Source: a virus
Lineage: Duplodnaviria; Heunggongvirae; Uroviricota; Caudoviricetes
Direction: 5' to 3' (one strand)
DNA length: 64,000 nt
IMG/VR virus record: IMGVR_UViG_3300032007_000003
Span: 32,001 to 96,000 of that record
The position numbers and the translations under genes were made by a program. Position 1 is the stretch's first letter. The number at the start of each line of letters is the position of its first letter. This document shows positions 1-9,046 of this stretch, in pieces. The notes below the pieces were generated by a model. It was not told the DNA's origin. It saw only the letters and a program-made list of their open reading frames with translations, and did no database searches.

Positions 1-117
1 AAAGAACTTGAATGGTGTCTTGTTTCTAGACAAAAGATTGCCAAGTTCCTTGAGAAAAAGGGATGGACTCTTGATAAGCTTGCAAAACAAGATGAAATTA
101 TTAGAGAAAGGGGACGT

Positions 118-783
118 GTGAAAACGTTAGACTTTGTAGATGATATATCATTTAGGTACAGTGAAAGATATATTGAAAGACCAATTAATATTTTATTGAA
201 GAAGCAAACATATATTGAGCTATCCGAATGTCATGGAATAGTTACGGCAAATGAAGGTAAAATCTCAACAAATATCAAAGTCCAAAAAGAGAAGTGCCTT
301 AAAGATGGAAAATCTGATGAGGAACTTGTAATGGAATTGCTATCAAGCCAGATGGGTGGCAGTGTTAAAAGGGCTTCTAGGGATGAAGATTATAAAGACC
401 ATATTGACTTTTGGTGGAATACCCCTGATGGAAATAAATTCGGCATTGATGTTAAGGGACTAAACAAAGTATGGAGATTTGATGATGGATATGATGATAC
501 AATCCATTGGGTTCGTTTGGTAGATAAGCAAGGGCGTGAAGATAAGTTTTACGTTAAGGCTGATTATATTGCGTTTAGAGCCATGAATAAGGTGATTTTC
601 GTTAAGTGGAAAAAACTAATAGAGTTTGTCTTGGAAATGGTAAAAGGAAAAGAGGTTGTTACTAAAAATCCAAGAAAATGTTATATACCATATAATCGTG
701 ATAGAGATATTGCAGTGATGGTGTTAAATGATGATTTGGAGAAATTGTCTGATTTTGTGCTTCATTATGAAGGTGCTGATTGA
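118..783 (+). CDS. putative PD-(D/E)XK-family nuclease-like protein
   Basis: 221-aa ORF with HIDFW...IDVKG, resembling the D...(D/E)xK core; start codon uncertain. Confidence 0.45.
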   Translation: MKTLDFVDDISFRYSERYIERPINILLKKQTYIELSECHGIVTANEGKISTNIKVQKEKCLKDGKSDEELVMELLSSQMGGSVKRASRDEDYKDHIDFWWNTPDGNKFGIDVKGLNKVWRFDDGYDDTIHWVRLVDKQGREDKFYVKADYIAFRAMNKVIFVKWKKLIEFVLEMVKGKEVVTKNPRKCYIPYNRDRDIAVMVLNDDLEKLSDFVLHYEGAD

Positions 784-800
784 TTTCAGTACCTTTTTTT
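770..800 (+). terminator. rho-independent terminator
   Basis: aaggtgctga...tcagtacc stem followed by a T tract. Confidence 0.6.
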
Positions 801-851
801 GTTATTACCAAATATTTATAGAGAAATAATTTATAAAAATAAAAGAAAAAT

Positions 852-1169
852 ATGAACAGTAATATTTTGGATTATATGTATGAAGGATATGGTTATGATA
901 CAGATAACCCACTTCTTTACGTTGATGTTGAGAACTATAACGAAACACTCAGTGAAAATGGAAAAATGACCACTCGTGGCATGGAGACACTTGCTTATAA
1001 CGATGGACCTATTGGACACGATGCTCCAATCCCAACTGAGAAGGATAACAAGTATATAGAGACAGCTTCATTTATTTCAGAGAGTGGTGCTAAGTATACA
1101 GACCTTAGAGAAGGTATTTGCGATTGCAGTCGTGAGACTGGCGCTGGCGAAGTTGTAGATAACGGCTAA
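852..1169 (+). CDS. acidic hypothetical protein, probably head-associated
   Basis: 105-aa ORF downstream of a TATTTATA motif (813-820). Confidence 0.6.
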   Translation: MNSNILDYMYEGYGYDTDNPLLYVDVENYNETLSENGKMTTRGMETLAYNDGPIGHDAPIPTEKDNKYIETASFISESGAKYTDLREGICDCSRETGAGEVVDNG

Positions 1170-1188
1170 TATCACATTTAATGTTTCG

Positions 1189-3894
1189 ATGGGAAAAACT
1201 ATTACATTCGGAGAGAATAGACTCTTAACTTTAAAGGATAGAATAAATGAAATTATGGTTGGCACAACTGGTGTCAGCCATAATCTTGTTTCCCATGACA
1301 TTAACGAGGCTTCAGCAGAGGTTGATGAGTTTGAACTTGGACAAGAGAGTGATAATCCACCAGTGGGAGGAAACTATTGCCATGTTGAAGAGAGTATAGA
1401 AGAAGGTGGATATGGCTGTACCATTTCCAATTATGATATGTCTGAGGTTGGCGAGGTTCAATGTGAAGATTGGACATATGACGAGGAAGAATATCAAGAG
1501 TGGCTTGTTGACAATGAGCTTCAAGATACACTAGAAAACAAGATAGCCTATATTGAGGATTTCAATGTTGAATTTGATATATCGTTTTTTGACAACCAGA
1601 CTTATCACTTAATGGGTGGCGATTGGGCTTATTATGATGACCTTGTTGAAGTATTTGGTGAAAGAATGGCAAAACAGATTGAAACTGAAATGCTTCAGTA
1701 TGGTAAGAGTAAGTTTGATACTAGCGATTTATATTCAGATGCAACATATGACATAAACAATCCTCAAGAGCTTAATGATATTGCAATGAAGCTTTTACCT
1801 CATGGCGAATATTATCAGAATTGTAGAGGATTTATATTGACAAATGGTATTATTGTCTATACTGAAGGAGAACACAATGATGTTCAAAGAATACCTGGTA
1901 TTAACAGTAAATTCCAATTCATAGAACTTGGTAATATAAGGATATTAGACCATGCAGTAGATATTGGAAAAGAGCCAACTTGGGAACAAGAGAAAGTACT
2001 AAGACAAGTAATTGCCTCTTATGAAGGCGAGGAATTTTATCTTGACATATTTAGTGATGGTGGTGAAATTGGTGCTCAGTATCCAAACGCTAATTACCAA
2101 TATATCATGGGAGAAATTAACAGGTTCTATTCTGAAGGTATAAGACCTCAAGGTGGATATGCTTATGAGAATAAGAAAGGTGAGAAAACAATTGATGAAA
2201 ATATCGATTTTGAGGTAAATTCATCTGATATTGACCTTTCTTCATTTAAGAAGAGAAGTGAGTTAGCCCCAATATGGCTAGATGACGATACATTGGATTC
2301 TAGGGTTAGACTGAGACTATTGGACATTGCAGATGATTTCTGGGAGTTTGTTAATCTAACTTGGGTTAAACCAAGTGGAATTATCTTAACTGGTTCAATC
2401 TGTAACTTCAATTGGTCTAAGTATTCTGACATTGACCTTCACTTGATTGTAGATTTCGATGAAATTGACGAGAAAACAGATTTTGTACGTGATTATCTCG
2501 ATGCCAAGAAGAATGAATGGAACAATGAGCATAATGAATTGACGATATTGGGATTCCCAGTTGAGTTATATGTTCAGAATTTAGAAGAAATGCCTAGAAG
2601 CGGTGGAATATATGACCTTGAAGAGAATGAATGGATTAAGAAACCAAACATGAGCGATATAAGTCCTATTGGTCTTGATAAGTTCTCAATCAAGGATAAG
2701 GCAGCAGAAATCATGACAATCATTGATGACATGTATAATGCCATAAATTCAACAGATGATTCACATAAGATTGAGACAATCGGTGATGATGCTCAGTATC
2801 TTTGGAAGAAGGTTAAGACAATGCGAAAGTCAAGCCTTGAGAGAAATGGGGAGAGTGGAGCTGGAAATATCGTCTATAAGATTCTACGTAGAACAAAATA
2901 TCTTGATAAATTATTTAAACTATTCTCAACCGCATATGACAGAAATAATTCAATAACTGAATCAGTAGAGAATAATAACAATGTTGATGTGTTTGCGTTG
3001 GCTAAAGAGAGATTCGGTGTCACCAATGATATAAGGGAATGTGGTTATATACTTCCAGATGGTAGTATGCTTGACTTCAGTGGAAGACATATGGTAACTG
3101 GAAATACTGATACCTCTCACCTTAACGGAAGAAGGGGTGTTGACCACAGAGACATTGGAGACCTTAACTGGGATACAGATATGACTACTAAAAGCGGTCT
3201 AAACATCAATATGGCAGACTTCATTAGAATGGGCGCAATAAGAATCCATTGCTCAAACACTTGGAGTTCTATAAATCTATTTAAGAAGCCTACTAGGGAG
3301 CAAGTTAACCCAATGTTAAGATTAATTCAATATAGCAAAGGTAACGTGACTGTAGAAATTGGTGATGGTGATAACTCATACGAGTATGCTGAATGGGATG
3401 AAGCTAATCCAAGAAGGGTAGTGAATGACGTTATAAGATATTTTGACGGTGTAACTATTAATCTAGTAGGAAACGTCACAGAGTCAATTAAAAAGTTTTC
3501 TAATGCTATTACCTTATTAAAAGAGGAATGGGTTGGTGATGGAAACAGCGAACATAATCCTTATAAGAAGCGTTGGGATGCTGAAAGAAAGGCACTGAAG
3601 GACTTTGTTTCTAATTATGGTAAGTTAATGCAATCAAAGGAAAATGGTAAGTTATATAAATGTTATTATGATAAAGTGTTATCACAGTTGATTGGATATA
3701 ACTACTGCATTTGCATACAATGGGATAGCATTGAAATGAAACCTAAGAGTGTTCTCTATATAAGAGCATTGGATAAGTTCACACCAAATATTAAACAAGT
3801 CAATTTCGATACAAGAGGAAAAGATAATCAAATGGGTACGGTAGATGATAATTTTAGTACAGTGCCACAACAAACTCAGTATCAATACCAATAA
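1189..3894 (+). CDS. modular polyprotein with a Pol-beta-superfamily nucleotidyltransferase domain
   Basis: IILTGSICNFNWSKYSDIDLH (GS...DxD) and a downstream VELYV acidic strand; flanked by two G(F/Y)ILxxG...H...FIxxGxIRI domains. Confidence 0.7.
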   Translation: MGKTITFGENRLLTLKDRINEIMVGTTGVSHNLVSHDINEASAEVDEFELGQESDNPPVGGNYCHVEESIEEGGYGCTISNYDMSEVGEVQCEDWTYDEEEYQEWLVDNELQDTLENKIAYIEDFNVEFDISFFDNQTYHLMGGDWAYYDDLVEVFGERMAKQIETEMLQYGKSKFDTSDLYSDATYDINNPQELNDIAMKLLPHGEYYQNCRGFILTNGIIVYTEGEHNDVQRIPGINSKFQFIELGNIRILDHAVDIGKEPTWEQEKVLRQVIASYEGEEFYLDIFSDGGEIGAQYPNANYQYIMGEINRFYSEGIRPQGGYAYENKKGEKTIDENIDFEVNSSDIDLSSFKKRSELAPIWLDDDTLDSRVRLRLLDIADDFWEFVNLTWVKPSGIILTGSICNFNWSKYSDIDLHLIVDFDEIDEKTDFVRDYLDAKKNEWNNEHNELTILGFPVELYVQNLEEMPRSGGIYDLEENEWIKKPNMSDISPIGLDKFSIKDKAAEIMTIIDDMYNAINSTDDSHKIETIGDDAQYLWKKVKTMRKSSLERNGESGAGNIVYKILRRTKYLDKLFKLFSTAYDRNNSITESVENNNNVDVFALAKERFGVTNDIRECGYILPDGSMLDFSGRHMVTGNTDTSHLNGRRGVDHRDIGDLNWDTDMTTKSGLNINMADFIRMGAIRIHCSNTWSSINLFKKPTREQVNPMLRLIQYSKGNVTVEIGDGDNSYEYAEWDEANPRRVVNDVIRYFDGVTINLVGNVTESIKKFSNAITLLKEEWVGDGNSEHNPYKKRWDAERKALKDFVSNYGKLMQSKENGKLYKCYYDKVLSQLIGYNYCICIQWDSIEMKPKSVLYIRALDKFTPNIKQVNFDTRGKDNQMGTVDDNFSTVPQQTQYQYQ

Positions 3895-3963
3895 TTGATA
3901 TTTTTTGATAATATGAAATATTTATATTAAAAATAAGTTTGAAAAAAATTAATGCATATTAAT

Positions 3964-5619
3964 ATGGATAATAAAATGAATACAAATGAGCAGATTTCAA
4001 GAATGAAGGCTTTGATGGGATACGGTCTTCAAACTGAGAGTAAGAAAGCTCCATACAGTTCAGTAGAGAACCAGAAGCTTGGTGCTGATGGTAATGTATA
4101 TGGTATTGTACGTGAGGGTACTAAATATTACATTAAGTCTGCTTCTAACAAACAGAATCTTGTAAAAGAAGATTTCAACTACATTGGTGGTTTCAGAAAC
4201 AGAAAGGATTATCAATATGATTCTTTTGCTGATGCTCAGAAGAACTTCGATATGAAGATGATGTCTCTTAAAGAGGCTGCAAACAAGCAAGACTATAACA
4301 TTAGTTCTTGGGATTTGGACAAGAAAGAAAATGTTGTAGTTGAGGCAACTGATAAGATGAGAAGTGAAATTAATCGTTCACGTCAAATCATGATGAATGC
4401 AATGAGAATTGCAGAGGGTAAGAAAGAATGCCAAAATGGTATCTGCGACAAGGATATCAAAAATTCACAGAAGGATAATATCTCTAGTGAGGTAGACGAG
4501 TGTGGTGACGCAGCTTCTGCAAACGCTGGTTACACCAACGCAGAGGTTCCTGCTAGTATGACAGAAGGTGTTGTTAGCGAGGAAGAGGTACTTGGTTGGA
4601 ATCGTGGTAATGATGATTACATGGACAAGTCTCATGGAACTGAGATTGGTGATAGCGCACCATTTGACGGTCCAGAGGCACGTAACATTGACGATGGTGA
4701 CAAGAAGGTAACTAACACTGGTGAAATGAAGAACGGTACTGTTGAGGAAGGTGCTTCAATGCATGATTCAGATAATCAGAATACTCCAACTCCAGGTGTT
4801 GGTGAAGGTCCATCTGATGATAACAACAAACCTTTCGATGGCGAGAAGGGTAAACAAATTGATGAGGCTTTTGATGACTTCGGTGGTGAGGATGTTGATG
4901 ACGCTCCAGCTCCAGAAGAGGGAGAAGGCGAACCAATGGGTGATGAACTCGGTGACGATTTAGGCGCTGAAGAGCCAATTGATGACGAGCCAATGGGTGA
5001 TGAACTCGGTGACGAAGAACCAATTGATGATGAACTTGCTGATGATGAAGAAGTATATGAAGATGATGTTGAATCACGTCTTGATGCTATGGAAGAGCTT
5101 CTTTCACAGATTGCTGACAAGTTGGGTATTGGTGCTCCAAGCGTAGATGCTGATGAGTATGCAGATGATGACATCTTCGGTGACGAGGGTGATGATTTTG
5201 GTGATGAAGAACCAATTGAAGACGAACCAATCGATGATGAAATGCCAATGGAAAGCAGACATAGAAACAATGGCGTTCAAATTTATGAGACCAAAGCGTT
5301 CAAGGCTGCTATGCGTAAGCAGAGAATGAATGAAGATGGTATGAAGCCATTTAAGGATGCGGGCCGTGTTCCAAGTGGTAACATGAACAAGTTAGATGAC
5401 TTTGGTAAGCATCCAGCATATCAGAAGGTAGTTATGGACTTACCTCCAAAGGATATGAAGGAATTCCCAGGTTACTATGATATGAATGACGATTCAGTTA
5501 AGAATGATACTCCTTATGGTGAGAAGATTGGTGATGGTGCTCCATTCGAAATCGACCCACAAGCAATTGACAACGCAATTGCAGAAGCATTCAATCGTTT
5601 AAAAAAAAACATAAAGTAA
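3964..5619 (+). CDS. acidic low-complexity prohead/core-like protein
   Basis: very D/E-rich ORF with EEPIDDE repeats and a TATTTATA upstream; in-frame ATGs at 3952, 3964 and 3976. Confidence 0.65.
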   Translation: MDNKMNTNEQISRMKALMGYGLQTESKKAPYSSVENQKLGADGNVYGIVREGTKYYIKSASNKQNLVKEDFNYIGGFRNRKDYQYDSFADAQKNFDMKMMSLKEAANKQDYNISSWDLDKKENVVVEATDKMRSEINRSRQIMMNAMRIAEGKKECQNGICDKDIKNSQKDNISSEVDECGDAASANAGYTNAEVPASMTEGVVSEEEVLGWNRGNDDYMDKSHGTEIGDSAPFDGPEARNIDDGDKKVTNTGEMKNGTVEEGASMHDSDNQNTPTPGVGEGPSDDNNKPFDGEKGKQIDEAFDDFGGEDVDDAPAPEEGEGEPMGDELGDDLGAEEPIDDEPMGDELGDEEPIDDELADDEEVYEDDVESRLDAMEELLSQIADKLGIGAPSVDADEYADDDIFGDEGDDFGDEEPIEDEPIDDEMPMESRHRNNGVQIYETKAFKAAMRKQRMNEDGMKPFKDAGRVPSGNMNKLDDFGKHPAYQKVVMDLPPKDMKEFPGYYDMNDDSVKNDTPYGEKIGDGAPFEIDPQAIDNAIAEAFNRLKKNIK

Positions 5620-5651
5620 ACGAAATAGCTTTTGAGGAGAGACCAACTAAA

Positions 5652-6122
5652 TTGGAAATACCTAACAGCAACCCTCTAGGTGGTAGTATGGATGGCATGG
5701 GTGATTTAGATAATGCTCCAATGCCACCAATGGGTGCTGACGATATGGGGATGAATGACCCAATGAATGACCCTATGGGTGGAGGCGAACCTCCAATGGA
5801 TGACCAACAACCTCCAATGGATAATGAAATGGGAGGTGGCAATCTAGAAGATGATGAGTTGAACAGCATTGTTGATGGTATGTCAGCAGAGGACAAGGCA
5901 GCAGTTGTAAAGTATGCGAAGAGCATCGCTGATGATTCAGATGCTATGCCTCAAGACGGTGGAATGTCAATGGAATCAACCTTCAACTACAAGGGTATAA
6001 TTGATGAGGTTATAAATGATGTTTTGGATGGTCATGAGGGTACAAAGAGACCTGAAGACACGATGCCAAAAGAATATAGGAATCAACCAATGACACCATT
6101 CCAATCTCCATACTTTAAATAA
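5652..6122 (+). CDS. Met/Gly/Pro/Asp-rich protein; probable -1 frameshift extension of the upstream gene
   Basis: frame is open from 5571 through the slippery TTTAAAAAAAAAC; otherwise only a TTG start at 5652 or ATG at 5688. Confidence 0.6.
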   Translation: MEIPNSNPLGGSMDGMGDLDNAPMPPMGADDMGMNDPMNDPMGGGEPPMDDQQPPMDNEMGGGNLEDDELNSIVDGMSAEDKAAVVKYAKSIADDSDAMPQDGGMSMESTFNYKGIIDEVINDVLDGHEGTKRPEDTMPKEYRNQPMTPFQSPYFK

Positions 6123-6126
6123 TATA

Positions 6127-6156
6127 AAAAGGGATACTTTCGAGTGTCCCTTTTTT
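6127..6156 (+). terminator. rho-independent terminator
   Basis: aaaagggatac-tttcga-gtgtcccttttttt. Confidence 0.75.
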
Positions 6157-6190
6157 GTTTTGTACAGATATTTATATAAAAATTTGCAAT

Positions 6191-6658
6191 ATGAAAATAT
6201 TCGTTAAGAAAGATAATAATTTAAAGCCACTTGGTGAGGGTAAAATCTATTCAAAGAGCCAATTAAGACTAAATGAAGATGGTTTCGATGCTAATTTGGG
6301 GATGGCTAATGGTATTCAGCAAGCTCAAATGAAAGCAAAACAGATGATGAGCAAGAATCCAACAATCAACTCAGCTTCTGCTGACGCTGGTAAGCTTGAT
6401 GGACAGAATGATACAACTGGAGGTGAAGGATTGAATCTTCAAGTGCCAGTTAATGCAACTGGAAGTCAACTTGCACAAGCACAGCGCATGGTTAAAGACC
6501 AATCTGCTGATGATGCACAGATTACGTTTACAAAACCACAATCACAAACTTCAATGAATGATGGTAATGGTTTGGGTGAATCAAGAATAATTGAAATGAG
6601 AAAGAACTCAATTCCATTTACAAAGAAAGAGTTAAGCAATTTCCTAAGTACCTTATAA
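6191..6658 (+). CDS. hypothetical protein, probably head-associated
   Basis: ATG at 6191 follows TATTTATA (6169-6176); has LNE and LGES putative protease sites. Confidence 0.65.
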   Translation: MKIFVKKDNNLKPLGEGKIYSKSQLRLNEDGFDANLGMANGIQQAQMKAKQMMSKNPTINSASADAGKLDGQNDTTGGEGLNLQVPVNATGSQLAQAQRMVKDQSADDAQITFTKPQSQTSMNDGNGLGESRIIEMRKNSIPFTKKELSNFLSTL

Positions 6659-8334
6659 TGAAGAAAATATATCTAAAAGAAGATACAATCGCTAATGTTT
6701 TGAATAAGAGACTTTTACCTCAATTCCTATTCAAAAGTGTTAAGGCGCATGAAACATCATTGGGGGACAATAGTATGTTCCCTAGTGGTGGTGACTACCC
6801 TTTTGACTATACTTTACTAAAGGTTAGATTCGGTGAGGTGTGTGATGCGATAGAGGAATTGGGATTGGAGAGTCTTGACGAAGATTATCTTATGAGTGAG
6901 TTAAGTAATTCCCTCAAGATGTGTAAGGACATGGAAACACCTATTAGAGATACACTTGAGAAGATTTGCGAGAATGCCGTTAATAGATTGTTTGCAATCC
7001 CAGAGGAAATGCTTAACTTGAAATGTAAACTTGTAGATAAAATAAAGTTCAAGAATGCAATAAGATTGAAACCAGAATCGGATGATAAAATTACATATAC
7101 ATTCGATGATGTATCAGACATTGAACTTTTTGATAAATCAGTAGAGAAAAGACGTTTTATTGATTCATTAATTCAAGGTGCTGCATATACCTATTCAAAG
7201 ATATTAGGGTTGTATGTAGAGGACATCGATAAGATTAACAGAGACCTCATACCATTATACATGAAGATTACTGCAATCAACGATTATCTCCTTTTTACAA
7301 AGAAAGAAGAAATGAGTGATGCGAAACCAATGCAAGGTTCGTATGTTGAAGTACATCTTGGTGGTGTCGGTGAGAAAACCACGATAAAGGCACAAGGTAT
7401 TATATTTCCATTATTGCTTCAAGAGACCATTAGAGGGTTATTTGAACTGTTCTCAGCGCATGGATTACCAAGTAATAAGGAGAAAGCAATGTTCGTTGTT
7501 AAAAAGGCTGATTTTGTCCTTGCAGAGCCTTGGGACTTGAGATTTGGTGTTACACTATGGAATAAGATATTTGGCGGTGTTGAAGATACCAATATGATAC
7601 CATATATGTTTACAAGTCTTATTAAACAGTCAAATGAAGAATTCAGCGCAAGCGTGAAGGAAATCCTTTCAAATACGAAAAAAGGAAATGAGATAATCGA
7701 CCAATTAATGAGTGATGCTGAATATGATAATGGTTATCAGCAATTTACCAATAGAATAAATGCAAAGAATATTGATAAATCATTGATTAAAGATTCTTAT
7801 TTCACTGGAGCTGAGACAAATGGATATGAGATTGATTCAGATGAATCAGAGGGTGATGTAATCGAGGAAAACGAAGATGCAGATACAATGGGACAATATG
7901 AGGCAGCACCTCAGAAGCCTATCGAATATTATCAGCAATTGGTACAGTCAGCAACCGTAGAGAACATTGATTTCCTTGAGGGTAATGTTAATGGTGTCAC
8001 TGAGGACTTGATTGTAACTATCAATGGTGAGATAATGCCAAGACAGATGATTCTCCTTATGGCACAGAGCGTTAAGATTAGAATCAGCCCAGATGAGAGA
8101 GTTCCAATGCTTCAGATACACATTATATTGAATGAAGGAATCCAACGTTTGGGATTAGCGCCAAAGATATATACAAAGCTTATCTATGAGTTCGGTGCAA
8201 TCTATAGCGGAGAGGGAAGAAGAATAAATAAGGAACATATAGCAAAGGTTTATGCGAAATTAGCTCAAGACCCAAATATTTATGTATATCATGATGATAT
8301 GTGCTATATGGCAATGCTAAGACAAAATAATTGA
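6658..8334 (+). CDS. hypothetical virion protein with a C-terminal GNAT-like domain
   Basis: MKKIYLKE leader; C-terminal IHIILNEGIQRLGLAPKIY resembles GNAT motif A (QxxGxA). Confidence 0.55.
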   Translation: MKKIYLKEDTIANVLNKRLLPQFLFKSVKAHETSLGDNSMFPSGGDYPFDYTLLKVRFGEVCDAIEELGLESLDEDYLMSELSNSLKMCKDMETPIRDTLEKICENAVNRLFAIPEEMLNLKCKLVDKIKFKNAIRLKPESDDKITYTFDDVSDIELFDKSVEKRRFIDSLIQGAAYTYSKILGLYVEDIDKINRDLIPLYMKITAINDYLLFTKKEEMSDAKPMQGSYVEVHLGGVGEKTTIKAQGIIFPLLLQETIRGLFELFSAHGLPSNKEKAMFVVKKADFVLAEPWDLRFGVTLWNKIFGGVEDTNMIPYMFTSLIKQSNEEFSASVKEILSNTKKGNEIIDQLMSDAEYDNGYQQFTNRINAKNIDKSLIKDSYFTGAETNGYEIDSDESEGDVIEENEDADTMGQYEAAPQKPIEYYQQLVQSATVENIDFLEGNVNGVTEDLIVTINGEIMPRQMILLMAQSVKIRISPDERVPMLQIHIILNEGIQRLGLAPKIYTKLIYEFGAIYSGEGRRINKEHIAKVYAKLAQDPNIYVYHDDMCYMAMLRQNN

Positions 8335-8382
8335 ATATCTTGTGATGTTTATTAGAAAAATAACGAATTAATACGTATTAAT

Positions 8383-8934
8383 ATGAATAAGAAAATAATA
8401 AGACTTACAGAATCAGACCTTCATAATATTGTGAAGGAATCTGTTAATAAAATCCTTTCTGAAATGGATTGGAAAACCTATGCAAATGCTGAAAAGAAAA
8501 TGCGTGGTGAACGTGGAGATGCAGACTATTGGAGGAATAAAGGAGTAAAAGGCTTTGATGCTATAAGAAAAGCAGCAAATGCAAGAGAACGTGCTAAAAA
8601 CTTTGGTGATGCTGCAAAAGATGCTTTCAATAGAGATTTTGGTTATCAGCAAGGAGAACATTATTATGATGACGATTATCAACGTGTTGGTATGGGTGGA
8701 GATTTTGGATATACAGATGAGTTTGCTCCACACGCTGCTGGTTGGAGACACGATGGTGTTGCAAGCTTAAAGCGATTCCCTCACGGTGTATATACAACAG
8801 AAAGAACACCAGAGGAATTCTTTGGAAATAATACCGATGCGGTTCAAGCCTATAATAAAGCAAAAGATGAAGTAGGAAATTATAAGAAAGGTAACTATGA
8901 TTACCAAAGTGGAAAAGGTTGGGTTAAGAAATAA
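8383..8934 (+). CDS. RLTESDL-leader protein (putative internal head protein)
   Basis: N-terminus MNKKIIRLTESDLHNIVKESVNKILSE. Confidence 0.7.
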   Translation: MNKKIIRLTESDLHNIVKESVNKILSEMDWKTYANAEKKMRGERGDADYWRNKGVKGFDAIRKAANARERAKNFGDAAKDAFNRDFGYQQGEHYYDDDYQRVGMGGDFGYTDEFAPHAAGWRHDGVASLKRFPHGVYTTERTPEEFFGNNTDAVQAYNKAKDEVGNYKKGNYDYQSGKGWVKK

Positions 8935-8939
8935 TACAT

Positions 8940-8972
8940 AAGAGCAATCACACTGTTGGTTGCTCTTTTTTT
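8940..8972 (+). terminator. rho-independent terminator
   Basis: aagagcaatca-cactgt-tggttgctctt followed by a T run. Confidence 0.7.
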
Positions 8973-9046
8973 ATTTACAAATATTTATAATTGAAATAAC
9001 TTTTCGGAATATTGTTATATTTATTTAAATTTATACTGTTACAATT

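Noticed and set aside
4712-5270. Long antisense ORFs (also 28449-28910, 38668-39528, 52105-52710 and others)
   Set aside because: These are shadows of biased codon usage on the coding strand, with low-complexity Ser-rich translations
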